A stretch of 64,000 nucleotides of DNA from Endomicrobiia bacterium. GTDB lineage: Bacteria > Elusimicrobiota > Endomicrobiia > DTEH01. The notes under the pieces were generated by a model, which searched no databases, was not told the DNA's origin, and saw only the letters and a list, made by a program, of their open reading frames with translations. The first letter of the stretch is position 1; every line of letters starts with the position of its first letter. A program made the position numbers and the translations under genes. Location of the stretch: the NCBI GenBank assembly GCA_039630545.1, contig JBCNUU010000005.1, positions 71,474-135,473 of the forward strand. Reading direction: 5' to 3'. Shown here piece after piece: positions 19,862 through 29,795 of the stretch.

Positions 19862-21178
19862 ATGGATAAAAAAGAAATTTTAGAAATAGTAAAGGCAAAA
19901 AATATAAAATTTATAGAGATGTGGTTTACTGATATTTTAGGAAGAATAAAGACTTTTACAATTACAGTAAATGAACTTCCAGAAGCCCTGGATACAGGGA
20001 TGGGTTTTGATGGGTCTTCTGTTGAGGGGTTTGCTAGAATATATGAGTCAGATCTAGTTGCGAAACCAGACCCTGACAGCTTCAAAATTTTGCCATATAA
20101 AGAACACACAGCTAAAATGGTGTGTGATATATATACTCCGGAAGGAATTCCTTATGAGGGAGATCCCAGATATTGTCTTAAAAAAAATTTAGAGGAACTT
20201 AAAAATTTTGGTTTTGATGAGTATTTTGTTGGTCCGGAGTTAGAATATTTTTATTTTAAATCAAATAAATACCCTGAATTAATAGATACAGCTGGTTATT
20301 TTGATTCTATGCCAGGTGAAGATGCTGGAGATGTTTTAAGAACAAAAACTATAGAATATTTAGAGGCAATGGGTATTCAAGCTGAATATGCTCACCATGA
20401 GGTTGCTCCAAGTCAACATGAGATAGATCTCAGATATGATTCAGCTTTAAAAATGGCAGATAAGGTTATAGCTTATAAAGTAGTAGTAAAAGAAGTAGCT
20501 AGACAAAATGGTCTGTATGCTACTTTTATGCCTAAACCAATTACTGGAGTAAATGGTTCTGGGATGCATGTTCATCAAAGTCTTTTTAAAAATGGTAAAA
20601 ATATGTTTTTTTCTGAAAAAGATAAGTATCATTTATCAGATATTGCTAAATACTTTATTGCTGGAATTCTTAAGCATTGTAGAGAAATTTGTATAGTTAC
20701 AAATCAATGGGTGAATTCATATAAGAGGTTAGTTCCAGGATATGAAGCACCTGTTTATATATGTTGGGCTAACAAAAACAGGTCTGCTCTTATAAGAGTT
20801 CCAGAATATAAACCTGGAAAAGAAAAGGCAACTAGAATAGAAGTAAGATTTCCAGATCCAGCTTGTAATCCTTATTTAGCATTTGCTGTAATGTTAAGGG
20901 CTGGACTTGAAGGAATAAAAAATAAATATCCTTTGCAGGAGCCACTTGAAGTTTCTGCTTATGAAATGGAAGAAATAGAAAGAAAAGCAAGGAAAATTGA
21001 AGAATTACCCGGTTCGTTGATAGAGGCAATAGAAATTGCAGAAGATTCAAAGCTATTAAAAGATACACTTGGGGATCATATATTTTATAAGTTCTTAGAA
21101 AACAAAAAAATTGAATGGGATAATTATAGAACTAAAGTCACGGATTATGAAATTACACGGTATTTTCATCTTTTATAA
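19862..21178 (+). CDS. glnA: Glutamine synthetase type I
   Basis: FDGSSVEGF, HHEVAPSQHE, ATFMPKP, NGSGMH, NRSALIRVP; AGGAGG RBS. Confidence 0.96.
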   Translation: MDKKEILEIVKAKNIKFIEMWFTDILGRIKTFTITVNELPEALDTGMGFDGSSVEGFARIYESDLVAKPDPDSFKILPYKEHTAKMVCDIYTPEGIPYEGDPRYCLKKNLEELKNFGFDEYFVGPELEYFYFKSNKYPELIDTAGYFDSMPGEDAGDVLRTKTIEYLEAMGIQAEYAHHEVAPSQHEIDLRYDSALKMADKVIAYKVVVKEVARQNGLYATFMPKPITGVNGSGMHVHQSLFKNGKNMFFSEKDKYHLSDIAKYFIAGILKHCREICIVTNQWVNSYKRLVPGYEAPVYICWANKNRSALIRVPEYKPGKEKATRIEVRFPDPACNPYLAFAVMLRAGLEGIKNKYPLQEPLEVSAYEMEEIERKARKIEELPGSLIEAIEIAEDSKLLKDTLGDHIFYKFLENKKIEWDNYRTKVTDYEITRYFHLL

Positions 21179-21181
21179 TTT

Positions 21182-22021
21182 ATGAACGATTATTCTCCAA
21201 AAATTCTTTCCAATAAACTTATATGCAGGTACGATAGTATTGAGATTTATGAAATTACTATATTTGCTCCTCTTATTGCAAGACACTACAAACCAGGTCA
21301 GTTTGTAATTTTAATGATAAATGAAAAATCAGAAAGAATTCCTCTTACAATAGTTAAGATAAAAGATGATTTTATAACTCTTATATATCAAGTTATAGGC
21401 TATACCACAAAACTTTTAAGTCAACTTAAAGAAGGAGATACACTTTATCATATCGTAGGACCTTTGGGAACACCTACAGAGATAAAGCTATACGGTAAAG
21501 TAATAATTGTAGCTGGAGGTGTAGGTGCTGCAGAGGCTTATCCTGTTACTTTAGCTTTTAAAAAAGAAAAAAATTTTGTTAGTGTAATTGTTGGAGCTAA
21601 AAATAAATCTCTTATTATTTTAGAAGATGATTTTAAAAAAATAGCTGACGAATTTTATGTTACCACTGATGACGGAAGTTATGGAGAAAAAGGGTTTGTA
21701 ACTGATGTTTTAATAAAAGTTTTAGAAAGTAAAAAAGATATAAATTTAGTCTACGCTGTAGGCCCTGTAATAATGATGCAGAAAGTATCTGAGATTACAA
21801 AGAAATACAATGTAAAGACCTTAGTATCTCTTAATACTATAATGGTAGACGGAACAGGAATGTGTGGTTCATGCAGGATTACTTGTGAAAATAAAATAAA
21901 ATATGTGTGTTTTGATGGACCAGAATTTGATGCGCACAGCATAGACTGGGATGAGATTTTGTCAAGAAATAATGCTTATTTAGAAAAAGAAAAAGAAATT
22001 TTAAGACTACAGTCACTATAA
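21182..22021 (+). CDS. Sulfide/dihydroorotate dehydrogenase-like FAD/NAD-binding electron transfer subunit (NfnA/SudB type)
   Basis: PGQFV, ERIPLT, GPLG, AGGVG, MVDGTGMCGSCR..CFDGPEF. Confidence 0.9.
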   Translation: MNDYSPKILSNKLICRYDSIEIYEITIFAPLIARHYKPGQFVILMINEKSERIPLTIVKIKDDFITLIYQVIGYTTKLLSQLKEGDTLYHIVGPLGTPTEIKLYGKVIIVAGGVGAAEAYPVTLAFKKEKNFVSVIVGAKNKSLIILEDDFKKIADEFYVTTDDGSYGEKGFVTDVLIKVLESKKDINLVYAVGPVIMMQKVSEITKKYNVKTLVSLNTIMVDGTGMCGSCRITCENKIKYVCFDGPEFDAHSIDWDEILSRNNAYLEKEKEILRLQSL

Positions 22022-22738
22022 GTTTTCAAGTTCTTCTGTTTTAATTTCTAATCCTTCTTTTAGAATTCTTCCTTCAAAGATAGGTATTCTATTGTGGATA
22101 GATAGTTTTTTTTCTCCGAATAAATAAAGAGTTTTTTTTACTAATGGTAATTCATATTTTATACCCTGCTGTCTTATTTTGTTAAAGTCATATTCTTCAA
22201 TTTTAAATCTACAGTAAGTCAACACAGGACCCCTGTCTAAATCTTCTGTGACTATATGAATCATTACTCCGTGTTCTTTATGTTGTTCTTTGATTATTTT
22301 TTCTATAACTTCCTGCCAGGTTCCTTTTGGTCCCCATGGTAATGCTGGGTGTAAGTTGATAAAATTAAATTTCTTACATAAAAATTCACTTAGAATTAAC
22401 ATATAACCGGCAAGTAATATTATTTCTACATTAAAATCTTTTATTAATTCATACACCTTATAGTCGAATTCTTCCCTCCATTTTTCAATGTTATTAAGTT
22501 TTAGCTCTGGTTTAAATTTTAAAGAAGATAAAGAAAATAAGGGTATATTGTAAGAATTAATAGTAGTAATAAATCTATCTGAATTTTCAGCTTCTCCTGG
22601 TTCGCGGTTAATAAATACAAATTTTATTTCTAAAGGAAGTTTATTAGATTTTATATCTTCATAAATATAATTGAAAATTTTAAGAGAAGTCGTTCCTCTA
22701 GAAGTTGCAAACCATCCGATAGGTAGTTTTGTGTTCAT
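22016..22738 (-). CDS. purN: Phosphoribosylglycinamide formyltransferase (atypical N-terminus)
   Basis: LAGYM, INLHPALP, LDRGP; follows purD-purM. Confidence 0.82.
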   Translation of the reverse strand: MNTKLPIGWFATSRGTTSLKIFNYIYEDIKSNKLPLEIKFVFINREPGEAENSDRFITTINSYNIPLFSLSSLKFKPELKLNNIEKWREEFDYKVYELIKDFNVEIILLAGYMLILSEFLCKKFNFINLHPALPWGPKGTWQEVIEKIIKEQHKEHGVMIHIVTEDLDRGPVLTYCRFKIEEYDFNKIRQQGIKYELPLVKKTLYLFGEKKLSIHNRIPIFEGRILKEGLEIKTEELENL

Positions 22739-22754
22739 AGATGTTAAAATTTTG

Positions 22755-23723
22755 CTAATCTATTCCTATTATTTTTACAGCAGAAATTTTTGATTCAACT
22801 ATTTCTCCTATTACCACAGCATCTTTTGAAAAAAAGTCTAAAACTTTTTTGCATATTTTATTGTCTACTATTATAGCCATTCCTATCCCCATATTAAAAG
22901 TCCTGTACATTTCTTTGTCTTGAATATTTCCTTTTTGTTGTATTAAATTGAAAATTTTGTATGGTTGCCAGCTTTGTTTAAATATAACAGCTTTACAATT
23001 TTTAGGTAAAACCCTTCTTATATTGTCATAAAAGCCTCCTCCAGTGATATTTACTATAGCTTTTATTTCTTTGTTTGGGTTAAATTTTTTTAAAAGCTTT
23101 TCTATATATTCTACATAAATTTTTGTTGGAATAAGTAGCTCATTTGCAAGCTTTATTAGTTCCTTTTCTGTGAATATTTTTCTTATCAGAGAATATCCAT
23201 TCGAATGAATCCCAGAGGAATATAAACCAATTATTTTATCTTTTGGTTTTATAAATTTTCCAGTTATTATTTTATCATTTTCAACTATACCACAAGCAAA
23301 TCCTGCTAAGTCATATTCATGAGGTTTGTATATTCCGGGCATTTCCGCCGTTTCTCCTCCAAGAAGTTCACAGTTTCCAAGTTTGCATCCTTTTATAATA
23401 CCGGATACTATTTCTTTTAGAGTTTTAATATCTATTTTGCCACAGGCTATATAGTCTAAAAAAAACAAAGGTTTGGCTCCTGATGTGATAATATCGTTCA
23501 CATTCATGGCTACAAGGTCAATTCCGACAGTATCATGTTTTTGTATAAGCTGGGCTATTTTTATTTTTGTCCCTACACCGTCAGTTGTAGCAACAAGACT
23601 TCTGTTTTTATCTATCTTATAAAAACCACTAAAAAAACCAATTTTAGGATATTTTGTTTTTAACCATTCTACAAATCTATTAGCTTTATCTATATCTACT
23701 CCTGCTTTTCTATATGTGATCAT
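22755..23723 (-). CDS. purM: AIR synthase
   Basis: YRKAGVDI, TDGVGTK, GGETAEMP, HSNGYSL, TFNMGIG. Confidence 0.96.
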   Translation of the reverse strand: MITYRKAGVDIDKANRFVEWLKTKYPKIGFFSGFYKIDKNRSLVATTDGVGTKIKIAQLIQKHDTVGIDLVAMNVNDIITSGAKPLFFLDYIACGKIDIKTLKEIVSGIIKGCKLGNCELLGGETAEMPGIYKPHEYDLAGFACGIVENDKIITGKFIKPKDKIIGLYSSGIHSNGYSLIRKIFTEKELIKLANELLIPTKIYVEYIEKLLKKFNPNKEIKAIVNITGGGFYDNIRRVLPKNCKAVIFKQSWQPYKIFNLIQQKGNIQDKEMYRTFNMGIGMAIIVDNKICKKVLDFFSKDAVVIGEIVESKISAVKIIGID

Positions 23724-25023
23724 AAATTAGTCCTTTTTTACCTATGTCTGTTCTGTAATATTTATTTTCAAAATAAATTTTTTCTGTAGCTTTATATGAA
23801 AGATCTATAGCTTCTTTTAAAGAGTTACCAATCCCCACAACATTTAAAACTCTGCCTCCTGAAGTGATAAATTTGTTATCTACCTTTTTAGTGCCTGCAT
23901 GAAAAATTATTACATTGGGTAATTTCTCTGCTTCCTCCAGTCCTGAAATTTCTTTTGAGGTTTCATATTCTGCTGGATATCCTTTAGATGCTAAAACTAC
24001 ACAACAAGCATATTTTTTTTCAAATTCTAAGTTTACTTTTGACAGTTTTTTTTCGATCGTAAAAATTATTATCTCTAGAAGATCATTTTTTAGAAGAGGT
24101 AAAATTACCTGTGTTTCGGGATCACCAAACCGGCAGTTGAATTCTAATACATATGGTTGAGGTTCTTTAGAATTAACATTTTCTATCATTAGTCCAAAAT
24201 ATATCACTCCACAGTATCCTAAATTTGAGTCTTTTATTCCGTAAAGAAAATTTTTCATTATTTGGTTATAAATTTTTTCCTCTAATTGTTTAGAGACAAA
24301 AGGCACAGGTGAATAAGCTCCCATTCCTCCTGTATTAGGTCCTTTATCACCATCATAGATTTGTTTGTGATCTTGAGAGTGTGTAAGTGGTAGTATCGTT
24401 TCTCCATCACAAAAAGCTATTACAGAGATTTCAATTCCTTTTAACTTTTTTTCTATTACTACTTTTTCTCCTGCAGCATCAAAAATTTTTTTAACCATCA
24501 TTTGATATACTGCATTTTCTGCTTCTTCTAATGTGTTACAAACAACAGCACCTTTCCCAGCAGCCAAGCCATCGGCTTTTATTACTACTCCTTCATATTT
24601 TTTAAACATCTCTCTAATATAGCTTCTGGCTTCTGTATAGTTTTCAGCCGTTACAAACTCAGCAGTAGGGATATTGTATTTTTTCATAAAGTTCTTCGCA
24701 AAAATTTTACTTCCTTCAAGTAGTGCCTGAGTTTTTGATGGTGAGAAAACAGGGATTTGATAAGAAGATAAAAAGTCCTTTATACCATCTACTAAAGGTT
24801 GTTCTGGGCCAACTACTACTACATCAATTTTGTTTTGTTTTATAAAATCATATATTTTTGAAAATTCATTTAATTTTATTGAAGAATCAACAGTTGCATA
24901 TTTAGAAATCCCACCATTTCCTGGTATACAGTATAAAGATTTATAACTCTTAGATTGAGCAATTTTCCACACAATGGCATTTTCTCTTCCTCCAGAACCT
25001 AATACTAAGACATTCATATTCAT
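23710..25023 (-). CDS. purD: Phosphoribosylamine--glycine ligase
   Basis: GSGGRE, GPEQPL, KADGLAAGKG, QDHK, NTGGMG, EFNCRFGDPE; start taken at ATG 25023 (25017 also possible). Confidence 0.96.
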   Translation of the reverse strand: MNMNVLVLGSGGRENAIVWKIAQSKSYKSLYCIPGNGGISKYATVDSSIKLNEFSKIYDFIKQNKIDVVVVGPEQPLVDGIKDFLSSYQIPVFSPSKTQALLEGSKIFAKNFMKKYNIPTAEFVTAENYTEARSYIREMFKKYEGVVIKADGLAAGKGAVVCNTLEEAENAVYQMMVKKIFDAAGEKVVIEKKLKGIEISVIAFCDGETILPLTHSQDHKQIYDGDKGPNTGGMGAYSPVPFVSKQLEEKIYNQIMKNFLYGIKDSNLGYCGVIYFGLMIENVNSKEPQPYVLEFNCRFGDPETQVILPLLKNDLLEIIIFTIEKKLSKVNLEFEKKYACCVVLASKGYPAEYETSKEISGLEEAEKLPNVIIFHAGTKKVDNKFITSGGRVLNVVGIGNSLKEAIDLSYKATEKIYFENKYYRTDIGKKGLIYDHI

Positions 25024-25139
25024 GAAGGTTTTATTAAAAATCAAATAAATTTTTTTAAGATTTTAAAATATATAAAATATATTTAGAAGTCAATAATCAA
25101 AAAGATAAGAAAATTTTAATTTTTTCCAAAAAACCTGAT

Positions 25140-25730
25140 AGTAGAAGAGATTATAAAATTGTGAAAGTTTTATGATTATTTTGTCTATAATTTTTTTGTA
25201 TTTTATGTCAGGAAATATTTTGTCATATTTTATATTTTTCAATTAAATAATGAAAGTGAGTTTCTAATATTCTATTGAAAACTTTCTTTGTATATATGAA
25301 GCATTTGGTTCAAAAATTTTTTTATTTTTTCATTTGTTGTTATTATGGTTAAAGATACATTTATCTTTTCTGAAAAATTTTTTAAAAGTTTTATTTCTTC
25401 TAATATTAAGTCAGATTTTGTGAAAATGAGGATATTATATAAAAAGTATGATTAAGTAAAAAGTCAAAAATTTTTTGTGAGAGTTTAAATTCTTTTTCTA
25501 CAGGTTAATGATAAGGATTGCAAGAAGTTTCAATATACATTGCTTCTTCAGGATAAAAATTTATATACTTGGAAAAATTTTTTAATTAAGATATCAACAG
25601 CAATTTGTTTTATTTTTGATAAACTATTACCTTTGCTGTATTTTTCTGCTTGAAAATAGCAATATTTACATTGATGATAACTTCCTATATAAGGATTTTA
25701 GAATAGAGATAAATCTTCTATATTTTGGCA
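25140..25730 (-). pseudogene. Degraded radical SAM gene of the SplB-like/Rv2578c (COG1533) type
   Basis: Collinear fragments in shifting frames: *NPYIGSYHQCKYCYF, IETSCNPYH*PVEKEFKLSQKI, ILIFTKSDLILEEIKLL, VSLTIITTNEKI, IFEPNAS; in-frame stops at 25698-25700 and 25505-25507. Confidence 0.75.
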
Positions 25731-26075
25731 TCAATCTTTAGAAATAAGAAGGGCTTTTATAAAGTTTAATTTTTTCTTTATATGAAAAGTTTTATGTTTT
25801 TTTCGCAATAGGTTATATGTTTTAAGAATTTTAGAAGAAAAAAAATTACCCATACCCCCACCCAGTGACAAAGTAAATACTAACCAAAACTTATTTTCGG
25901 AATAAGCAAGAATATCAGCAAATACAAGACCTGTAAGCATCCAGCATATAAATCCTATTATTCCACTATACCATGATTTTATTTTTACATAAGAGTAAAA
26001 ATTTTCAATATTTGATACAAAATTTATTAAAAATCCAGCTAAAAAAATACTTAAAATATCAATAAATTTAATCAT
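25731..26075 (-). CDS. Small hypothetical membrane protein (about 3 TMs, basic tail)
   Basis: GAGGTG RBS, hydrophobic segments, SLGGGMGNF motif. Confidence 0.65.
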   Translation of the reverse strand: MIKFIDILSIFLAGFLINFVSNIENFYSYVKIKSWYSGIIGFICWMLTGLVFADILAYSENKFWLVFTLSLGGGMGNFFSSKILKTYNLLRKKHKTFHIKKKLNFIKALLISKD

Positions 26076-26147
26076 TTTCTCACCTCTTATTTAATAAAAA
26101 GCCAAAAATTTCATTGGATTTTTTTGCAGATGTTCTGCTTATCCGTA

Positions 26148-26185
26148 AATTAAAGACGAGAAAGTATATAAGGAAGTTACAAAAA
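26148..26185 (-). promoter_or_regulatory. ECF-sigma-type promoter TGTAAC-N17-CGTC
   Basis: Minus strand TTTTTGTAAC (core 26176-26181), 17-nt spacer, CGTCTTTAATT (core 26155-26158); matches the 6221-6258 copy. Confidence 0.65.
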
Positions 26186-26233
26186 TTTTATATTGAAAAA
26201 TCAGTAAAAAACAGGAAAATTGAGATTATATAA

Positions 26234-26902
26234 TTATCTAAAATTGACTTTAAAATCAAGGGTTTTTAATATAATTTCTAATTCTTTAGATTTTTCTCTT
26301 ATATCGTCCTCAAAATTAATATAAATTGGGTCGCCGTATACTATATAGGACTTAGAAATAAATGGTAAAGGTATTATATATCTGTCCCAATTTTTTAGTT
26401 GAATTTTTGGAGTTACAAAAACTCTTACAGGAACCACAGGACATGAGGTTTTTTGAGCTAAAAATATAACTCCCGGCTTTACTTTAAAAGCAGGTCCATG
26501 AGGACCATCTACTGTAATTGCACAGCTTTTGCCATTTTTAATTTTTTCTATTATCGCCAGGGTGCCTGAAGATGCCCCTTTTTTTCCATATGAACCTCTT
26601 ACAATTTCATATCCAAATTTAGAAAGTATTTTGGTTTGTAATTCACCATCCCTGGAAAGGCTTGTCATTATAACTATATTGTGATACTTGTGAGCAAAAA
26701 CTAACAAAAATTGTTCTCCGTGAAAGAAAGCATAAATTTTATTCTTTAATGTTTTGATTTTGTTGTAGTTAATTCTTTCAATTATTACCAAACGAGATAT
26801 GATTTGAATTATAAACCAGGCAATATGAGGTAAAATTTTTTCTTCTATAAATTTTATTATAAAATTATTTCTCAAATATGAAAAAAATTTCTTAATTCCC
26901 AT
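26234..26902 (-). CDS. DUF374 / lysophospholipid acyltransferase-family protein
   Basis: FFHGEQ, SLSRDGE, VRGS, TVDGPHGP, WDRYIIPLPF. Confidence 0.88.
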   Translation of the reverse strand: MGIKKFFSYLRNNFIIKFIEEKILPHIAWFIIQIISRLVIIERINYNKIKTLKNKIYAFFHGEQFLLVFAHKYHNIVIMTSLSRDGELQTKILSKFGYEIVRGSYGKKGASSGTLAIIEKIKNGKSCAITVDGPHGPAFKVKPGVIFLAQKTSCPVVPVRVFVTPKIQLKNWDRYIIPLPFISKSYIVYGDPIYINFEDDIREKSKELEIILKTLDFKVNFR

Positions 26903-26906
26903 TACA

Positions 26907-27449
26907 TTACTTTTTTTTATACCACAGGATATAGTTTATAGATGTATATTCAGGAAAGAGTTTTTGTTGAGAGTAATAAACATCAATTTTTTCTGAGGAT
27001 AAAAGTTTTGTAATGTCTTCGTAGAGGCTTTGTGGCGCTAAAAAAATCGTACCCATTTCTAAATCTTCATTTTGTTCCTTGAGAAGTTTATAGATAAATA
27101 TTACTGAAGAATTTAAGTATTCCTGCACAAGACCGTAAGCAATTAGTTTTTTAATTTCATCTGTAGTTGAAGATAAGAAATCGTTTATTTTATTGCCTAA
27201 AGTTACAACAATAAAAGTTATTTCTTTTGCATTTTTGGGAATAGAAAAATTATTTATTATATAAGCTATTTTTTCATTCTTTATGTCATATGTTTCAAAC
27301 ACTGCGGAAGGAATAATAAGTTCTGAGATCTCTTTATCAACAATTGTAATAAGAGTGTCTATTTCAGGAGTGATTGTCAAGTTATGTTCTTTTAGATAAC
27401 TATGTAGTTCTTTTATTCTATAATTTACTTTAAATTTTTTTATTTTCAT
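26907..27449 (-). CDS. Hypothetical protein, weakly resembling a stand-alone MetH reactivation domain
   Basis: FIVVTLG and LLSSEKIDV..LFPEYTS recall the B12 methionine synthase activation-domain family; ATGA-coupled to secF. Confidence 0.45.
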   Translation of the reverse strand: MKIKKFKVNYRIKELHSYLKEHNLTITPEIDTLITIVDKEISELIIPSAVFETYDIKNEKIAYIINNFSIPKNAKEITFIVVTLGNKINDFLSSTTDEIKKLIAYGLVQEYLNSSVIFIYKLLKEQNEDLEMGTIFLAPQSLYEDITKLLSSEKIDVYYSQQKLFPEYTSINYILWYKKK

Positions 27450-28327
27450 TTTTGAGTAATAAGATTATATTCTAATACTAAAGCAGAGGCTATAAATATA
27501 GAAGAGTAAGTTCCAACAATTACTCCAAAAAGTAATGTCAAAGCAAAATCTTTTATTATACGGTTGCCTAAAATAAATAAAGAAATAACAGCCATTAATG
27601 TTGTCCCTGAAGTTAATAGTGTTCTTGTAAGTGTCTGGTTGATACTAATGTCTATGATTTTAATTAAAGATTCTTTTTTTAGAAGTTTTATGTTTTCTCT
27701 TATTCTGTCAAAAATAACAATAGTGTCATTTATAGAATATCCTGCTAATGTTAAAAGTGCTGCTATTATTGTTAAATTAATTTCTTTACCTAAAAGAGTA
27801 AGAAAACCCACAGTTAAAAAGACATCATGTACTAAAGCAATTACTCCTGAAATTCCCCATATGGAAGAACCAAATCTTATAGCTACATAAACTATTATTC
27901 CTGCTAAAGAGAAAATAATTGCTAAAAATGCTTTTCTGGTTAGATGTTTTCCAATGGTAGGGCCCACGAATTCTCTTCTTATTATTTCATAACTTAAATT
28001 GTTGTTTTTGAAGATTTCTTCTATTTGTTGAGAAACTTCTTCCTGTGTGGATTTTACTTTTATTAAAAATTCTTTGTATTCTTTTGTATGAGTAATAACA
28101 TTCTGGATTTCAACTGTCGGAACTTTATTTTCAGAAAGTAGATTTCTTAATTGTAAAATTTCAACTGTAGGGGTGTTGAATTTGACATGAATAATAGTTC
28201 CGCCGGTAAAGTCCAATCCAAGGTTTAAACCTCTGTTAATAATTAAAATGCCTACTGTAAATAATGCAAAAATCAAAGATAATAACATAAAAAATTTTCT
28301 TTTGTTCATCAATTCTATTTCTTTCAT
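27446..28327 (-). CDS. secF: Protein translocase subunit SecF
   Basis: GLDFTGG, VGPTIG, HDV, GYSINDTIVIFDRIRE, GTYSSIFIA; start at ATG 28327 after AAAGGAGAG. Confidence 0.96.
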   Translation of the reverse strand: MKEIELMNKRKFFMLLSLIFALFTVGILIINRGLNLGLDFTGGTIIHVKFNTPTVEILQLRNLLSENKVPTVEIQNVITHTKEYKEFLIKVKSTQEEVSQQIEEIFKNNNLSYEIIRREFVGPTIGKHLTRKAFLAIIFSLAGIIVYVAIRFGSSIWGISGVIALVHDVFLTVGFLTLLGKEINLTIIAALLTLAGYSINDTIVIFDRIRENIKLLKKESLIKIIDISINQTLTRTLLTSGTTLMAVISLFILGNRIIKDFALTLLFGVIVGTYSSIFIASALVLEYNLITQK

Positions 28328-28352
28328 ATTTTGAAATAACTCTCCTTTAATC

Positions 28353-29780
28353 TTAAAATAAAATTTTATAATCAAAAGTTCTTATTGATAAAAGATAATC
28401 ATATATTAATTTAGTCATAAATACAGCTGTAAAAATATTCACTATCAGACCTATAAACATCGTTATCCCAAACCCTTTAATAGGACCTGTGCCGAATCCA
28501 AATAAAAATACTGTAGTAATTAGAGTTGTAAGATTTGAGTCTATGATGGTTTGTAGTGCTCTTTGATATCCTAAATCTATAGCAACTCTAATGGTTTTTC
28601 CGTTTTTTATTTCTTCTTTAATTCTTTCTAAAATTAAAATATTGGCATCTACTCCTACACCTATAAGCAATACAATTCCTGCCAATCCTGGAAAACTTAA
28701 AGTTGCTCTGAAAGCAGCTAACAAGGATAATACAAGGAAGATATTTGTTATTAGTGCTATGGTAGCTATAATACCTGAGATTTTATAATATACTATCATA
28801 AATATCAACACAATGATACTTCCTACAATCAAAGCATTTCTTCCAGATACCACAGAATCCCTTCCTAATGTAGGACCTACAGTTCTTTCTTCAATTATTC
28901 TTACAGGAGCAGGCAAGGCTCCTGCTCGTAAAACTGTGGCTATAAATTTTGCTTCATCTAAACTGAAATCTCCCTCTATTATTGCTTTTCCGTCGGGAAT
29001 TTTGGATCTTATAATAGGTGCAGATTGAACTACGCCATCCAGTACTATTGCTAGATGTTTTTCTATATTAAGTTCTGTAACTTTAGCAAAAATTTTGGCT
29101 CCTTCTGAATTGAATTCTAAAGAGACATAAGGTAGCCCCATCTCTCCTGCTCCAAGTTCCACTCTTGCATCTGTAAGATACGCACCTGTAAGTTCTGGTA
29201 TTTCTTTCGCAAGATAAACTTCATCTTCTCTTCCTGGAAGTAAAACATAACCTGTAGGTACTAAAGATAAAATTTGTGGATTGTTTAAAATATCCTTTTG
29301 TTGTTTAATACCTAACTCTTTAATTTTTTCTGTTATCTTTCTATAAGGTTCATCTAAATTAATTAATCTAAACTCTAACAGAGCAGTTTTTCCTATTAGT
29401 TCTTTAGCTATCTGTGGATCTTTAAGACCTGGAAGCTGAACAGAAATCCATTGTTCTCCTTGTTTTGAGATAATAGCTTCTGATACTCCGTATTGGTCAA
29501 CTCTATTTCTTATAATTTCTATTGCTCTATCTAAAGCGTCACTTAGCTGTGTGTCTTTAGGAATTTTTTCTTTATCTATTTCTAATATCAAAAATACCCC
29601 ACCTTTTAAATCCAGTCCAAGATTTAAAATTTTTTTTAAAATAGGATCTCGAGAAGTTTCTTTTTCTTGTCTATCTTTAGCAGAAAATAAAAAATACCAC
29701 TGTAAGGTAGGAAAAATAAAATACAATCCTAAAGCAATTACTACTAAAAGCACAATAAATCTAATTTGTAAATTTTTCAT
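28353..29780 (-). CDS. secD: Protein translocase subunit SecD
   Basis: LGLDLKGG, RNRVDQYGVSE, LRAGALPAP, VDANILILERIKEE, GTGPIKGF. Confidence 0.97.
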   Translation of the reverse strand: MKNLQIRFIVLLVVIALGLYFIFPTLQWYFLFSAKDRQEKETSRDPILKKILNLGLDLKGGVFLILEIDKEKIPKDTQLSDALDRAIEIIRNRVDQYGVSEAIISKQGEQWISVQLPGLKDPQIAKELIGKTALLEFRLINLDEPYRKITEKIKELGIKQQKDILNNPQILSLVPTGYVLLPGREDEVYLAKEIPELTGAYLTDARVELGAGEMGLPYVSLEFNSEGAKIFAKVTELNIEKHLAIVLDGVVQSAPIIRSKIPDGKAIIEGDFSLDEAKFIATVLRAGALPAPVRIIEERTVGPTLGRDSVVSGRNALIVGSIIVLIFMIVYYKISGIIATIALITNIFLVLSLLAAFRATLSFPGLAGIVLLIGVGVDANILILERIKEEIKNGKTIRVAIDLGYQRALQTIIDSNLTTLITTVFLFGFGTGPIKGFGITMFIGLIVNIFTAVFMTKLIYDYLLSIRTFDYKILF

Positions 29781-29795
29781 ATCCTATTCTCCTTT

